Shown here piece after piece: positions 10,540-19,597 of a stretch of 51,471 bases of DNA (positions are counted from its first letter, which is position 1; each line of letters begins with the position of its first letter). The translations under genes were made by a program, and so were the position numbers. The notes under the pieces were generated by a model, which did not search any database, had not been told where the DNA came from, and saw only the letters and a list, made by a program, of their open reading frames with translations. This stretch comes from Mariprofundaceae bacterium (lineage in GTDB: Bacteria > Pseudomonadota > Zetaproteobacteria > Mariprofundales > Mariprofundaceae): assembly GCA_015488125.1 (NCBI GenBank), contig WFOJ01000096.1, positions 1 through 51,471 of the forward strand, read 5' to 3'.

Positions 10540-11877
10540 TTATGAGGCGGTACTTCGTTGCTTTGAACAATATTGATTGTACAGTTCGGAATAATTGCCC
10601 ATCACAGGGTGAAACAATAGCATTGTATCGACTTGTTCATCAAACCATATTTTCCGGTAAATTTGTCCCCAAATAATCTGTTGGGCCACATAAGAATGAT
10701 ACTTTTCGACGTACTTTCTGCTCTTTTCCCCGATATCCTTTCTGGCTTCAGGGTGTTCAATAAGCCACTTCAATTTATCGTAAAGACTATCAATATCGGC
10801 CTGTACGATGGGGCATTCATCGAGATAAGAATAATGCCGAAGCACTGAAACATCGCCCTGGAAATTTGAAATAACAGGTTTGCCCAAAGCCATTCCCTCG
10901 ATTCCCGATAACCCGTAGCCAGTGATGAGCAACTCCACAAGTATATCACATCGTTCCAAAGCTTTCCTAACTTCACTGTTTTTCATGTTTTCCAATAGCA
11001 ACAGTTCAACAGGGATCCCCTCTTCCTTCAATCTGCGCACTGCAGAAAAAACATATTCGGTTCCCTTGATCAGGCGATGATTGGGAGAATGCGCAATGAT
11101 AACAGGAGATGCATCGTCCTTACCTGATTGATCGTTTCCGCCTGATTTTAGCTTCCACATATCCGTATCAATTGCCAAATAACTCACAGGCAATATATCC
11201 CATCGATATAGCCCATCAAAATTAATGCTTCCCACACAAAAGTCTGCCCACCTGCCGTAATGATCAATCCACTTTCGAATTGCAGATCGATTCCGAATAA
11301 GTGAGCCACCATATTGATATAGCTGAACAAACTTATATTCACGATTCATCATGGTGGAGAGTTCATGAACATCCGCCCCATAAGGCATTACAACAACTCG
11401 TTTGTTGAAGGCATGTAAGAGATGTATTTCTAAAAACCTCAAGGGTGTTCTGGATAATATCCCTCCATCATAAAAAAAATGAAACACATCGAACTTCATC
11501 AACAGGTAGATGAAAGATAAATAAGGTTCAATTAACAACACAACTGGCCTGGGAAGAAATTTATATAGGTTGAAAAGCTCGTAACGATATAAATCAAAAT
11601 CGGCTTTCTCCCCAATCCGCTCATAATAAGTGCCGACAAATGTCTTGGAGTAATAACCCACCTTACCCAACGCCTGAGATGCGTACTTGATATTGATTAA
11701 AGGAGTACAACCCCACAATAGACGGGGTAACACCCATTTTGCAGACGCGCTGACGACCTTGGATGGTATTGCAATTCTCAACAATAACAAACATAAAAGA
11801 AAAAACGGGCACAAGACTGCCGAAAGCAGCCAATAACCCGACCGAAGAAACAACGAATAACCAGAACGAGGTATCAC
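10540..11877 (-). CDS. GT-B fold glycosyltransferase with N-terminal hydrophobic segment
   Basis: 445 aa. IAHSPNHRLIKGT and GYGLSGIEGMALGKPVI; clearly related to the 6211-7353 product. Confidence 0.8.
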   Translation of the reverse strand: MIPRSGYSLFLRSGYWLLSAVLCPFFLLCLLLLRIAIPSKVVSASAKWVLPRLLWGCTPLINIKYASQALGKVGYYSKTFVGTYYERIGEKADFDLYRYELFNLYKFLPRPVVLLIEPYLSFIYLLMKFDVFHFFYDGGILSRTPLRFLEIHLLHAFNKRVVVMPYGADVHELSTMMNREYKFVQLYQYGGSLIRNRSAIRKWIDHYGRWADFCVGSINFDGLYRWDILPVSYLAIDTDMWKLKSGGNDQSGKDDASPVIIAHSPNHRLIKGTEYVFSAVRRLKEEGIPVELLLLENMKNSEVRKALERCDILVELLITGYGLSGIEGMALGKPVISNFQGDVSVLRHYSYLDECPIVQADIDSLYDKLKWLIEHPEARKDIGEKSRKYVEKYHSYVAQQIIWGQIYRKIWFDEQVDTMLLFHPVMGNYSELYNQYCSKQRSTAS

Positions 11878-13016
11878 GACAATACATCCAAAATTCTGGA
11901 ACCATCAACCGTGCAATTGTGTTCGAAGGTTCTCTTCGACGGCATGGCATCCTGAATACACCAATTTGGGTGTACCTGATACAATGTGTATGCCCTCTGG
12001 CACATATCTACACCGATAAGCCCCCGATTTGCATCCAGACACAATAACAAACCATCATGTACAGCTACCACCTGCTGAACCCACTCAACTTCCTCAGTTC
12101 CCTCAACCTTGCCACCGAGCGATGTCAAACTTGCGCGAAAAATCGGTTCCCAATCCACAGAAAAATGCCACCATTCACCCAATGTAGTGTTTGTCATAAG
12201 CCAGCCATCCCGATAAGGCTGAAGACCATGGGGCATCTGACTCAGACAATCACACACACAAACAGCATCTCCGCCATCTTGCTTAACCCTGTAAATGCGA
12301 CCATCGTGGGCTATTGACAAGAGAATATCGCCACTTTCCCCATAGTGATCATACATGGCCACATTGGGGTGGGCCGTTCTTCTGGCTGTTACCAACCCTT
12401 GTTCTCCGTACTGTGCCGGATCAATCAATAATGTTTTTTTCTTCTGCGCCAGATACTGTTGATATTGTTCGATGTTCGCTGCAAGCCAAAAATCTTCACC
12501 ATCAGGATTGAAACCGTGATCCCAGGCAAACCACTCCCATGTCACATCACCGGTTTCTATTTCAATTTCAAAACAAGCATCATATCCGGATGAAACAATC
12601 AACATTCGTTTTCCATTCGGCGAAAGATCGATGGTGTGAAGAAAGGCAAAAAAAGGATGCCGGTATTCCCGAATAACGCGCCCCCGATCATCAATCCATT
12701 TTACGCAATCGATCTCAGTTATCAGATAGCCATGTTCTGGATGTCTTCTTATATGTCTGGGTTCTCTGAATTCTTTGCTGTCTTGCAAAACACACATTCC
12801 ATCTTGCAATGTCACGCTGGCTAGAAGACCAATGCTGGTTGGCCGTTCGTTCACACGTCCGATTTTTCCACCCTTCCGGGATTCCAGCATGCGCCGTCGC
12901 CGTTCCAGTTGGTCCTGACTTTTAACGACCAGCAGCCACTCGCTGTTATTCAGCACGTTATCTGTCTTTTTGAACTGAGAAATATCGACTGCTTCAATCA
13001 CAGCTATTTCCCGCAT
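11874..13016 (-). CDS. Hypothetical protein, probable beta-propeller
   Basis: 380 aa with overlaps to both neighbours. Repeated blade-like motifs (LHTIDLSPNGKRMLIVSS, TGDVTWEW, HPNVAMY, PHGLQPYRDGWLMTNT). Confidence 0.6.
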   Translation of the reverse strand: MREIAVIEAVDISQFKKTDNVLNNSEWLLVVKSQDQLERRRRMLESRKGGKIGRVNERPTSIGLLASVTLQDGMCVLQDSKEFREPRHIRRHPEHGYLITEIDCVKWIDDRGRVIREYRHPFFAFLHTIDLSPNGKRMLIVSSGYDACFEIEIETGDVTWEWFAWDHGFNPDGEDFWLAANIEQYQQYLAQKKKTLLIDPAQYGEQGLVTARRTAHPNVAMYDHYGESGDILLSIAHDGRIYRVKQDGGDAVCVCDCLSQMPHGLQPYRDGWLMTNTTLGEWWHFSVDWEPIFRASLTSLGGKVEGTEEVEWVQQVVAVHDGLLLCLDANRGLIGVDMCQRAYTLYQVHPNWCIQDAMPSKRTFEHNCTVDGSRILDVLS

Positions 13017-13803
13017 GTATCAGCGGAGTCACCCATGCATTCAGCCCTGTATCAGGTAACCCATTGGGAAAGTACCTTCGGTAATAATGATTTGTCAGAA
13101 ATTCCGATTCTGCTAAACGAATATGATCACGCCAAGCTCCTGCCAAAACCTGCTCCATTGTGCTGCTGTCGTATACCCATTGAAATGGATGAAACAACAA
13201 ATGAATCCTCTCAGGTGAATTTATCGCCTTATCAAGCCACTCCTCAATCGTGAAACGGTGGTTGGAATCAGAAGCATAAGCAAGTCCGTCAGCCACAAGC
13301 GCATAGGGGTTGATCAATCCAGCAATTGGTCGCGATACCAATGAAGCATGTTTCGCCCCCAGAACACTCGGATTGTGCCAACTCATCACAGGTTGCACCG
13401 GAACATCCAGCATTGAAGCAAGCAATTGCATATCATGCTGTACCATGGCATCAACAATTTCAGCCAACTCTTCTGCCGGAGAATCGGCAACGGCCTTTGG
13501 AAGGGAGAAATGCAACCCGATGGTATGCCCCAGCTCAATGATACGATGAATATTGTCGATATTATCCTGCTCCAACAAGTTGTACAAAACATTCCTGATC
13601 TGTAAGCAAAAGCATGCTTTCACGCCCAGTGCGTGATTTGCCTCTGCGACCCGTACAGCCGCCAGCAAATTATAATCAATGTCATGTCGTAACAATACGG
13701 CCTTAGGCACTTCTTCCGGTATGACCTCACCTAACGGATAAAAGGCGTAACCATTCTTCTGAAATGCTGAAAGCACATCTGAATAACTAACAAGAGAAAA
13801 CAT
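12994..13803 (-). CDS. Polysaccharide deacetylase-fold (WbmS-like) protein
   Basis: 269 aa. LLRHDIDY, GHTIGLHF, SWHNPS, YASDSNH and HLLFHPFQW, the CE4/NodB-like D-D/H/H pattern. Confidence 0.7.
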   Translation of the reverse strand: MFSLVSYSDVLSAFQKNGYAFYPLGEVIPEEVPKAVLLRHDIDYNLLAAVRVAEANHALGVKACFCLQIRNVLYNLLEQDNIDNIHRIIELGHTIGLHFSLPKAVADSPAEELAEIVDAMVQHDMQLLASMLDVPVQPVMSWHNPSVLGAKHASLVSRPIAGLINPYALVADGLAYASDSNHRFTIEEWLDKAINSPERIHLLFHPFQWVYDSSTMEQVLAGAWRDHIRLAESEFLTNHYYRRYFPNGLPDTGLNAWVTPLIHAGNSCD

Positions 13804-14702
13804 TAAACCGCTTTCCGCAGCAAACTGATATAGATTCGTTCAATTCCCGCAGCTTGGCTGGATACCTTTTTGAGTAAACTGATTTTTTCATCCGACAACT
13901 CGCCTCTTAGCCGCATGCCATGCAATAACAAAGCTGGCTCAGCCGGTACTGTTATGCATTCTAGTACCTCAAAGCCAACAGCTTCCGCATCACGTTGCAT
14001 GCGTTTCTTGTCGTACAAATGAACTTCCACGGTGTGTTCGCTCTGACCACGAACAGTATCAACAAACTTTTTCTCACAAAGAATGCGCCCAACCTGCCCC
14101 CAATCGCTATTCAGCAACGCATGCACAAAATAGGCCTGGCTGGAGACATTGCTTACCATAGCCATTCCTCCAGGCTTTAGGCATCGCCATGCAGCACGAT
14201 ATGCGTCGAGAGGATCGGAGAGTGTATAAGCGACCTCGGAAAGAATCACTGCATCGGCAAAATCTATCCAAGGGAAAGTTTTATTGGCGGAAGAGCAAAT
14301 CAATGTTACCCGCTTTTTTTCATCCCCGCTAAGAGCTGCCCACAACCTCTTAAGATCAGTCGGGTTAAAATCAATAGCAACAACCCTCGACTCAGGTATC
14401 AAAATCAGCGCCTCCTTGCTCAAACGACCGTCACCACAACCAAGATCAACAATACAGGAAGGCTTGGGGATGACATCTGCAACTTTTCCAAGAGCTTCCC
14501 GGTAAAAAGGCATGTCATAATATCCCGCCTGCAATAAATTCGATGAACGTTCTCTTTGCCTGCATCCATCCGCCGAATTGTAGGCGTTTGCCTCTTCAGT
14601 ATCTCCACATTGTTCGGCATAAAGTATACTATCGGTATATTTCCAACCGAGAGGAAGATATTTTAAATTTAGCGTATCCAAATTCATGTGTATCGCATCC
14701 AT
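13803..14702 (-). CDS. Class I SAM-dependent methyltransferase
   Basis: IVDLGCGDGR, VVAIDFN and RCLKPGG. Start is ATG 14702, or TTG 14717. Confidence 0.85.
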   Translation of the reverse strand: MDAIHMNLDTLNLKYLPLGWKYTDSILYAEQCGDTEEANAYNSADGCRQRERSSNLLQAGYYDMPFYREALGKVADVIPKPSCIVDLGCGDGRLSKEALILIPESRVVAIDFNPTDLKRLWAALSGDEKKRVTLICSSANKTFPWIDFADAVILSEVAYTLSDPLDAYRAAWRCLKPGGMAMVSNVSSQAYFVHALLNSDWGQVGRILCEKKFVDTVRGQSEHTVEVHLYDKKRMQRDAEAVGFEVLECITVPAEPALLLHGMRLRGELSDEKISLLKKVSSQAAGIERIYISLLRKAV

Positions 14703-14832
14703 GGAAGATTCTTTCAACTTGATCGCAGTAAGTGACCTGATATAACCAGTAGTGACTGTTGTATAGCCCCACCCCTCTTTACAGAAAGTATATTTTTCCA
14801 GCTCATTGGAGAAATGCCATCAGATTCCAACT

Positions 14833-15576
14833 TCAAGGACATTGAATTTCTCCGATTTTACCGAATTCCATACCTCTATCTTTTCCCTGTTGAATCAAAC
14901 GAAGCAGAAAATTACGTGTGCCTGTAACTGCGTCCGAATTTCGCTGTTTCAACATTTGAACGGGATTATTAAAAAATTCGCGACAGATCTCATATCGTTT
15001 CAAAGTCTCAGTATTGAGAAAAACGTGAACCGGATGAAAATTAAAAATCTTCAAACCATGCGCATCGAGAAACCGCTCAACACTCCAATCTTTTTCAGTC
15101 CCATTTGAAAAACAAAAAGCATGCACATCATCTTCCCAAACAAAAGGAGTTCGAATTAGTCCGTTCCAAGATCGGAATGGTTTAACTTCAATTCCACTAT
15201 TTTTCGGTATTAGTAAATTAACTTCATGGGTCATTCCAATCTCAACAAAGTGGTCTAGCAAGCGAGTATTTTGCGTCAAAGAATGGGATCTAACACTTAC
15301 AGCCTCAGGAACCATCTCTTTTAGATGGCAGGTAATTTCCCCCATGCTCTTTTTTACAGTATCACCACCAAACAAAAGGTTGTTAAAATTTGGATGAATT
15401 CCCAGCTCAATGGCATCGTCTTTTCTCATGAGATCGAGCAATGGTGTATCATGAGTGACGAAAAACGTGGCTGATACATTATATTCATTAAGAATGGAAA
15501 GGGTGTCTGCCAGAACCTCATTACCAGCCCAATCAATATCAAAAGTAAGAAAAACTCTTTTAGCCCAATTACGCAT
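14833..15576 (-). CDS. WbmS-like polysaccharide deacetylase family protein
   Basis: 247 aa. FLTFDIDWA, ATFFVTH, ELGIHPNF, VRSHSL, PFVWEDD and FNFHPVHVFLN. Confidence 0.8.
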   Translation of the reverse strand: MRNWAKRVFLTFDIDWAGNEVLADTLSILNEYNVSATFFVTHDTPLLDLMRKDDAIELGIHPNFNNLLFGGDTVKKSMGEITCHLKEMVPEAVSVRSHSLTQNTRLLDHFVEIGMTHEVNLLIPKNSGIEVKPFRSWNGLIRTPFVWEDDVHAFCFSNGTEKDWSVERFLDAHGLKIFNFHPVHVFLNTETLKRYEICREFFNNPVQMLKQRNSDAVTGTRNFLLRLIQQGKDRGMEFGKIGEIQCP

Positions 15577-16348
15577 CTTTTTTTACCACATAAACACCGG
15601 CATAGCTGCATTCAGAAAAGTTTAGACTAAATGCGTTTTTAATTTGTAGCTCAGCAAATACACGATTAATGTGACTATCATGCTGTACGTTTCCATTTGT
15701 CAGCAATGGATGAATTACACGTGACCCGTAGATATACTCACCGAACCCAACGAATTCAATAACTTCCCCTCTACTCTGAAAAAAGCCTTCAAGATCAAGG
15801 TTATCAAAAAAAAGATTGTATTCAACCACATTCATCACTGATAGGCCATTACGCTGGCGATGAATATTTATGCCATCCCATCCATGCTTATACCCTTCAC
15901 TAAACAATAACAGCCCCCCAGGTTTAAGCACATAAAAAAGATTTTCCAATGCCCGATATTGCATTTTGGCATCAGGAAGATTTATCAGACAGCGAATGCT
16001 AATGACCCGGTCGAAGGAATTCGGTTCAAATACTTTATCCAATTCTAGCACATCACCTTGGATAAAATTTCCATTGCATATGCTTCTTTGTAATGCACGC
16101 TCAATGAGCGATTGAGAATAATCTATGCCTGTAATTTCATTAACTCGTTGAGAGAAAAAATCTGTTGATGATCCATCACCACAGCCAACATCAAGAACCT
16201 GATCATTGCTATCTAGGTAATTGCCTATGAAGTACTCGTTAAGCTGTTGCATATAGGGATCTCGTGCTGTTGATTTCAACCCATCCTTATCAACTTCTTT
16301 TAACCCGGCTTCTTGCCAGAATTTCTTTATTTTTTCATATAGTTCCAT
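15569..16348 (-). CDS. Class I SAM-dependent methyltransferase
   Basis: VLDVGCGDG, GIDYS, FDRVISIRCLINL and VLKPGG. ATG 16348 follows the SD GAGGTG. Confidence 0.88.
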   Translation of the reverse strand: MELYEKIKKFWQEAGLKEVDKDGLKSTARDPYMQQLNEYFIGNYLDSNDQVLDVGCGDGSSTDFFSQRVNEITGIDYSQSLIERALQRSICNGNFIQGDVLELDKVFEPNSFDRVISIRCLINLPDAKMQYRALENLFYVLKPGGLLLFSEGYKHGWDGINIHRQRNGLSVMNVVEYNLFFDNLDLEGFFQSRGEVIEFVGFGEYIYGSRVIHPLLTNGNVQHDSHINRVFAELQIKNAFSLNFSECSYAGVYVVKKDA

Positions 16349-16382
16349 CAATCACCTCTACATTAATCATATAGCAATGCCA

Positions 16383-16527
16383 GTAACTATTCAGCTCATC
16401 CCGTGGTTTGCCCGATACCTGCGTTGAAAATGCTCATGTGCGAATAGCACACCGCGCGTTTTCGCCTTGTTATCGAACAAACCACGGGGGCGATCTGAAC
16501 AGTTACAAAATGTAGCTGAATAGTTAC
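16383..16527. mobile_element. MITE-like element, 145 bp, with 14-bp terminal inverted repeats and an 8-bp target-site duplication
   Basis: GTAACTATTCAGCT (16383-16396) and AGCTGAATAGTTAC (16514-16527), flanked by direct repeats CAATGCCA (16375-16382 and 16528-16535). The interior is a long imperfect palindrome. Confidence 0.85.
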
Positions 16528-16564
16528 CAATGCCATAAGATAAATTGTCAGTCATTTTCCAAAA

Positions 16565-18448
16565 TCACAACTCATCATGAATAAACAACTCACACCACTC
16601 TTCGAAGTTGAGCAGTGACCAAATAAACAGTCTGCGGTTTTCCTTGCCTTGAATATGATCATTAATCAGGTCTTGAATAGTTTTACGATCCATATAATCA
16701 TAAATTCTGGCATGTGGTGAACACAGTTTTCTGCGCACGTATTCAATGCTTTCGCCACGAAACCAGGAGGCATCCGGAGCAGAAAAACCACGCTTTTCAG
16801 CTTGGGTGATTTCATCCGGAATATAATGACGCATCACTTCCCGAAGGAGAAGCTTTCCATCTTTCACTTTTTGGAAGTATTTCTTCGTTTTGTTACCAGG
16901 TTCATTTTCATTGAGGCGAACAACATCTGTCAAATTTCTCAACTTCAGTCGGACAGGAACCTGCATGGCAAAATCGACCAGATCATTGTCAAGAAATGGT
17001 ACACGAGACTCCAAGCCATGTGCCATACTCAACTTATCTTCGACAACGAGTAGGCCATGCAAAAATGTTTTCGCCTCAAAATAGAGAGAATGATTCACAT
17101 AATCCTCAGGACGTGTCAGAGAAGACGCATGTCTGTAAAAAACATTTTTGAAAATATCACGAGTCCAAACATGATTCACATCCGACCAGACAGGGCTGAA
17201 CACCTTATGAATTAGCTTGTTTTGAATCAACCGCTGCCAGAACTTGTAATATTTATCAATATAATGTTCAAAATCATCGTTGACGACGGCACGATAATAG
17301 CGCCAGGGATAGCCGCCAAACAGCTCATCTCCGCCAGCGCCGGACAAAACAACCTTGACGAATTTTGAGGCTAATTTGGCAGCGTAAAAATTAGGATAAC
17401 TTTGGCCAACGCGCGGCTCTTCAAGGTGCCAGGCCAGCGCAGGTAGAGCGCGCTCCATGTCGCCAGCCTTGAGTACCATTTCATAATGTTCCGTCTTGAA
17501 CAGATAGGACATGTATTCGGCCTGTGTTCGCTCATCATAGCCCAGTTCGATGCCCGATGCTGAATTGAGGTCGAACCCGCAGGTAAATGTTTTCATGTAG
17601 GGGTACTGCTGTGCGGCCAGGGCTGTAATGGAGCCAGAGTCAATGCCCCCGCTGAGGTAGGACCCCAGTTCAACGTCACTGACCAGCTGACGATTGACCG
17701 CCTGCCTGAACAGACGATCCAGTTCTTCCCTGTATTCGCTGTCACTGGCGGGGGATTCTGGCTCAACAAAATTGAAGTCCCAGTATTGTGTAAGTTTGAT
17801 CGTTCCGGAATCAGCGCTGACAATGCCGTAATGCCCTGCGGGAAATATGTGAACGCCCTTGAGCAGGGTTTTGTCGGTGAAAATATTCTGGAAAGTGAAA
17901 TATTCCAGTAAACCTTCAAGGTCAACCTGCTTTTCAATGCCAGGATATGCAGTCATGGCTTTTTGCTCAGAGCCAAACAAAAACGCCGAACCCTGAAACA
18001 TATAGTACAGCGGCTTGATGCCATAACGATCACGCGCCAGGAACAGCGCTTTGCTGCGACGATCCCATACCGCGAAGGCAAACATGCCGTTAAGCCGGTG
18101 CAGACAGTCAGCGCCCCATTCAACCCAGGCATTCAGCAGGACTTCTGAATCGGTATCTGAAACAAAGCGATGCCCCAGCCGCTCCAGTTCCGCACGAATT
18201 TCCATGAAATTGTAGATTTCGCCGTTATAGCTGAGTACATAGCGCTGATCAGCACTTACCATCGGTTGATGCCCGGCCGGGCTCAGGTCGATGATTGCCA
18301 GACGACGATGGCCTAATCCGACACAGCCATCCACCCAATGCCCTTCCCCGTCCGGCCCCCGGTGGGCTATGGCATCGGTCATACGCTTTAGAAGAACTGG
18401 CGAGGCCGGTTCACCATTCAGGTGCAGCATGCCTGCAATACCACACAT
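16565..18448 (-). CDS. asnB: Second asparagine synthase (glutamine-hydrolysing)-like amidotransferase
   Basis: 627 aa. MCGIAG, AHRGPDGEG, YNGEIYNF, RDRYGIKPLYY, LSGGIDSG, SGAGGDELFGGY, DKLSMAHGLESRVPFLD. Confidence 0.93.
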   Translation of the reverse strand: MCGIAGMLHLNGEPASPVLLKRMTDAIAHRGPDGEGHWVDGCVGLGHRRLAIIDLSPAGHQPMVSADQRYVLSYNGEIYNFMEIRAELERLGHRFVSDTDSEVLLNAWVEWGADCLHRLNGMFAFAVWDRRSKALFLARDRYGIKPLYYMFQGSAFLFGSEQKAMTAYPGIEKQVDLEGLLEYFTFQNIFTDKTLLKGVHIFPAGHYGIVSADSGTIKLTQYWDFNFVEPESPASDSEYREELDRLFRQAVNRQLVSDVELGSYLSGGIDSGSITALAAQQYPYMKTFTCGFDLNSASGIELGYDERTQAEYMSYLFKTEHYEMVLKAGDMERALPALAWHLEEPRVGQSYPNFYAAKLASKFVKVVLSGAGGDELFGGYPWRYYRAVVNDDFEHYIDKYYKFWQRLIQNKLIHKVFSPVWSDVNHVWTRDIFKNVFYRHASSLTRPEDYVNHSLYFEAKTFLHGLLVVEDKLSMAHGLESRVPFLDNDLVDFAMQVPVRLKLRNLTDVVRLNENEPGNKTKKYFQKVKDGKLLLREVMRHYIPDEITQAEKRGFSAPDASWFRGESIEYVRRKLCSPHARIYDYMDRKTIQDLINDHIQGKENRRLFIWSLLNFEEWCELFIHDEL

Positions 18449-19597
18449 TTAGCTTGCGATTCCTTTGATGCACTCAACCACATAAGCGTAATCATCCGCT
18501 GTCATCCTGTTATGCAGTGGAATCGCCATGGTATGGGCATCGCATGCTTTAGCTGCCGGAAAATCATCTGCCCGGATACCAAAGCGATCCCGGTATAGCC
18601 CCAGCATATGCACAGCATGCGTTCCCGGCCGGGTGGCAATGCCTCGCTGTTGCAAGGCATCCATAATATCGTTGCGTGGCATTGGCGCCCTTTCAGGTTC
18701 CACCCATGTGGTAAACGCCTGCCAGGCATGGCGGCCGCCCGCCGGTTCATCGGGCAGACGCAGCCACGCCACATCAGCCAGCTGATCACGATACCAGGCT
18801 GCCCAGTTGGCGCGTTCAGAAATGAAGGACTCCAGTTTGGCAAGCTGAACCAGCCCAACAGCGCCTTGTAAATCCGTCATGCGATAATTAAAGCCGAGCA
18901 GATTGAATGCTGGCAACAGGTAAGGGTGCGCCCCCTTGTGCCGCTGTTCCTCGGAGATACTGGCGCCGTGATTGCGCATCATGTTCATCTGTTCAAAAAG
19001 CGCATCGTCGTTGGTGGTGATCATGCCACCTTCACCCGTGGTAATGGATTTGCGCGGATGAAAGGAAAACACCCCTGCATCGCCCAGGCCACCAGCCTTT
19101 TTCCCTTGGTAGCTCGCACCCGCTGCACAGGCCGCATCCTCGATGATTTTGACATGCGGTGGAATGACTTTGCGAATGGCATCCATATCGGCGCACAAGC
19201 CGAATAAATGCACCGGAATAATGGCTTTGGTTTTTTCCGTTATCTTGCCGACCACATCGTCAGCATCCATGTTAAACGTCATTGGATCAACATCCGCAAA
19301 CACAGGGGTCGCGCCACAATAAAGCACAACATTCGCCGTTGCCACCCAGGTAAAGGCTGGTACGATCACTTCATCGCCCTCACCAACACCCATGGCTGCC
19401 AGCGCCAGATGCAGGCCGGTTGTGCAGCTTGTCACGGCCAGCGCATGTTTCACATCATGCGCTTTGGCGAACTGCGCCTCGAACTCAGCTACCTTTGGCC
19501 CTTGCGTCAGCCAACCACTCATAATGGGTTCACGCACTGCCTGCCATTCCTCTTCTCCGGTGGCAGGTAGCGAAATGTGTATCTGTCGTTTATGCAT
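18449..19597 (-). CDS. DegT/DnrJ/EryC1/StrS sugar aminotransferase
   Basis: Start placed at ATG 19597 (MHKRQIHISLP). SCTTGLHLAL, IIPVHLFG, IEDAACA, FSFHPRKSITTGEGG (PLP Lys) and GFNYRM. Confidence 0.92.
   Translation of the reverse strand: MHKRQIHISLPATGEEEWQAVREPIMSGWLTQGPKVAEFEAQFAKAHDVKHALAVTSCTTGLHLALAAMGVGEGDEVIVPAFTWVATANVVLYCGATPVFADVDPMTFNMDADDVVGKITEKTKAIIPVHLFGLCADMDAIRKVIPPHVKIIEDAACAAGASYQGKKAGGLGDAGVFSFHPRKSITTGEGGMITTNDDALFEQMNMMRNHGASISEEQRHKGAHPYLLPAFNLLGFNYRMTDLQGAVGLVQLAKLESFISERANWAAWYRDQLADVAWLRLPDEPAGGRHAWQAFTTWVEPERAPMPRNDIMDALQQRGIATRPGTHAVHMLGLYRDRFGIRADDFPAAKACDAHTMAIPLHNRMTADDYAYVVECIKGIAS

Noticed and set aside
7350..16348. Methyltransferases as DNA methylases of a restriction or defence system
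   Set aside because: No DPPY/NPPY or PC motifs; they are small-molecule class I methyltransferases in a glycan context.
16383..16527. CRISPR array or tRNA interpretation of the palindromic repeats here and at 44150-44310
   Set aside because: No repeat-spacer periodicity, no cas genes and no cloverleaf; TIRs plus target duplication fit MITEs.
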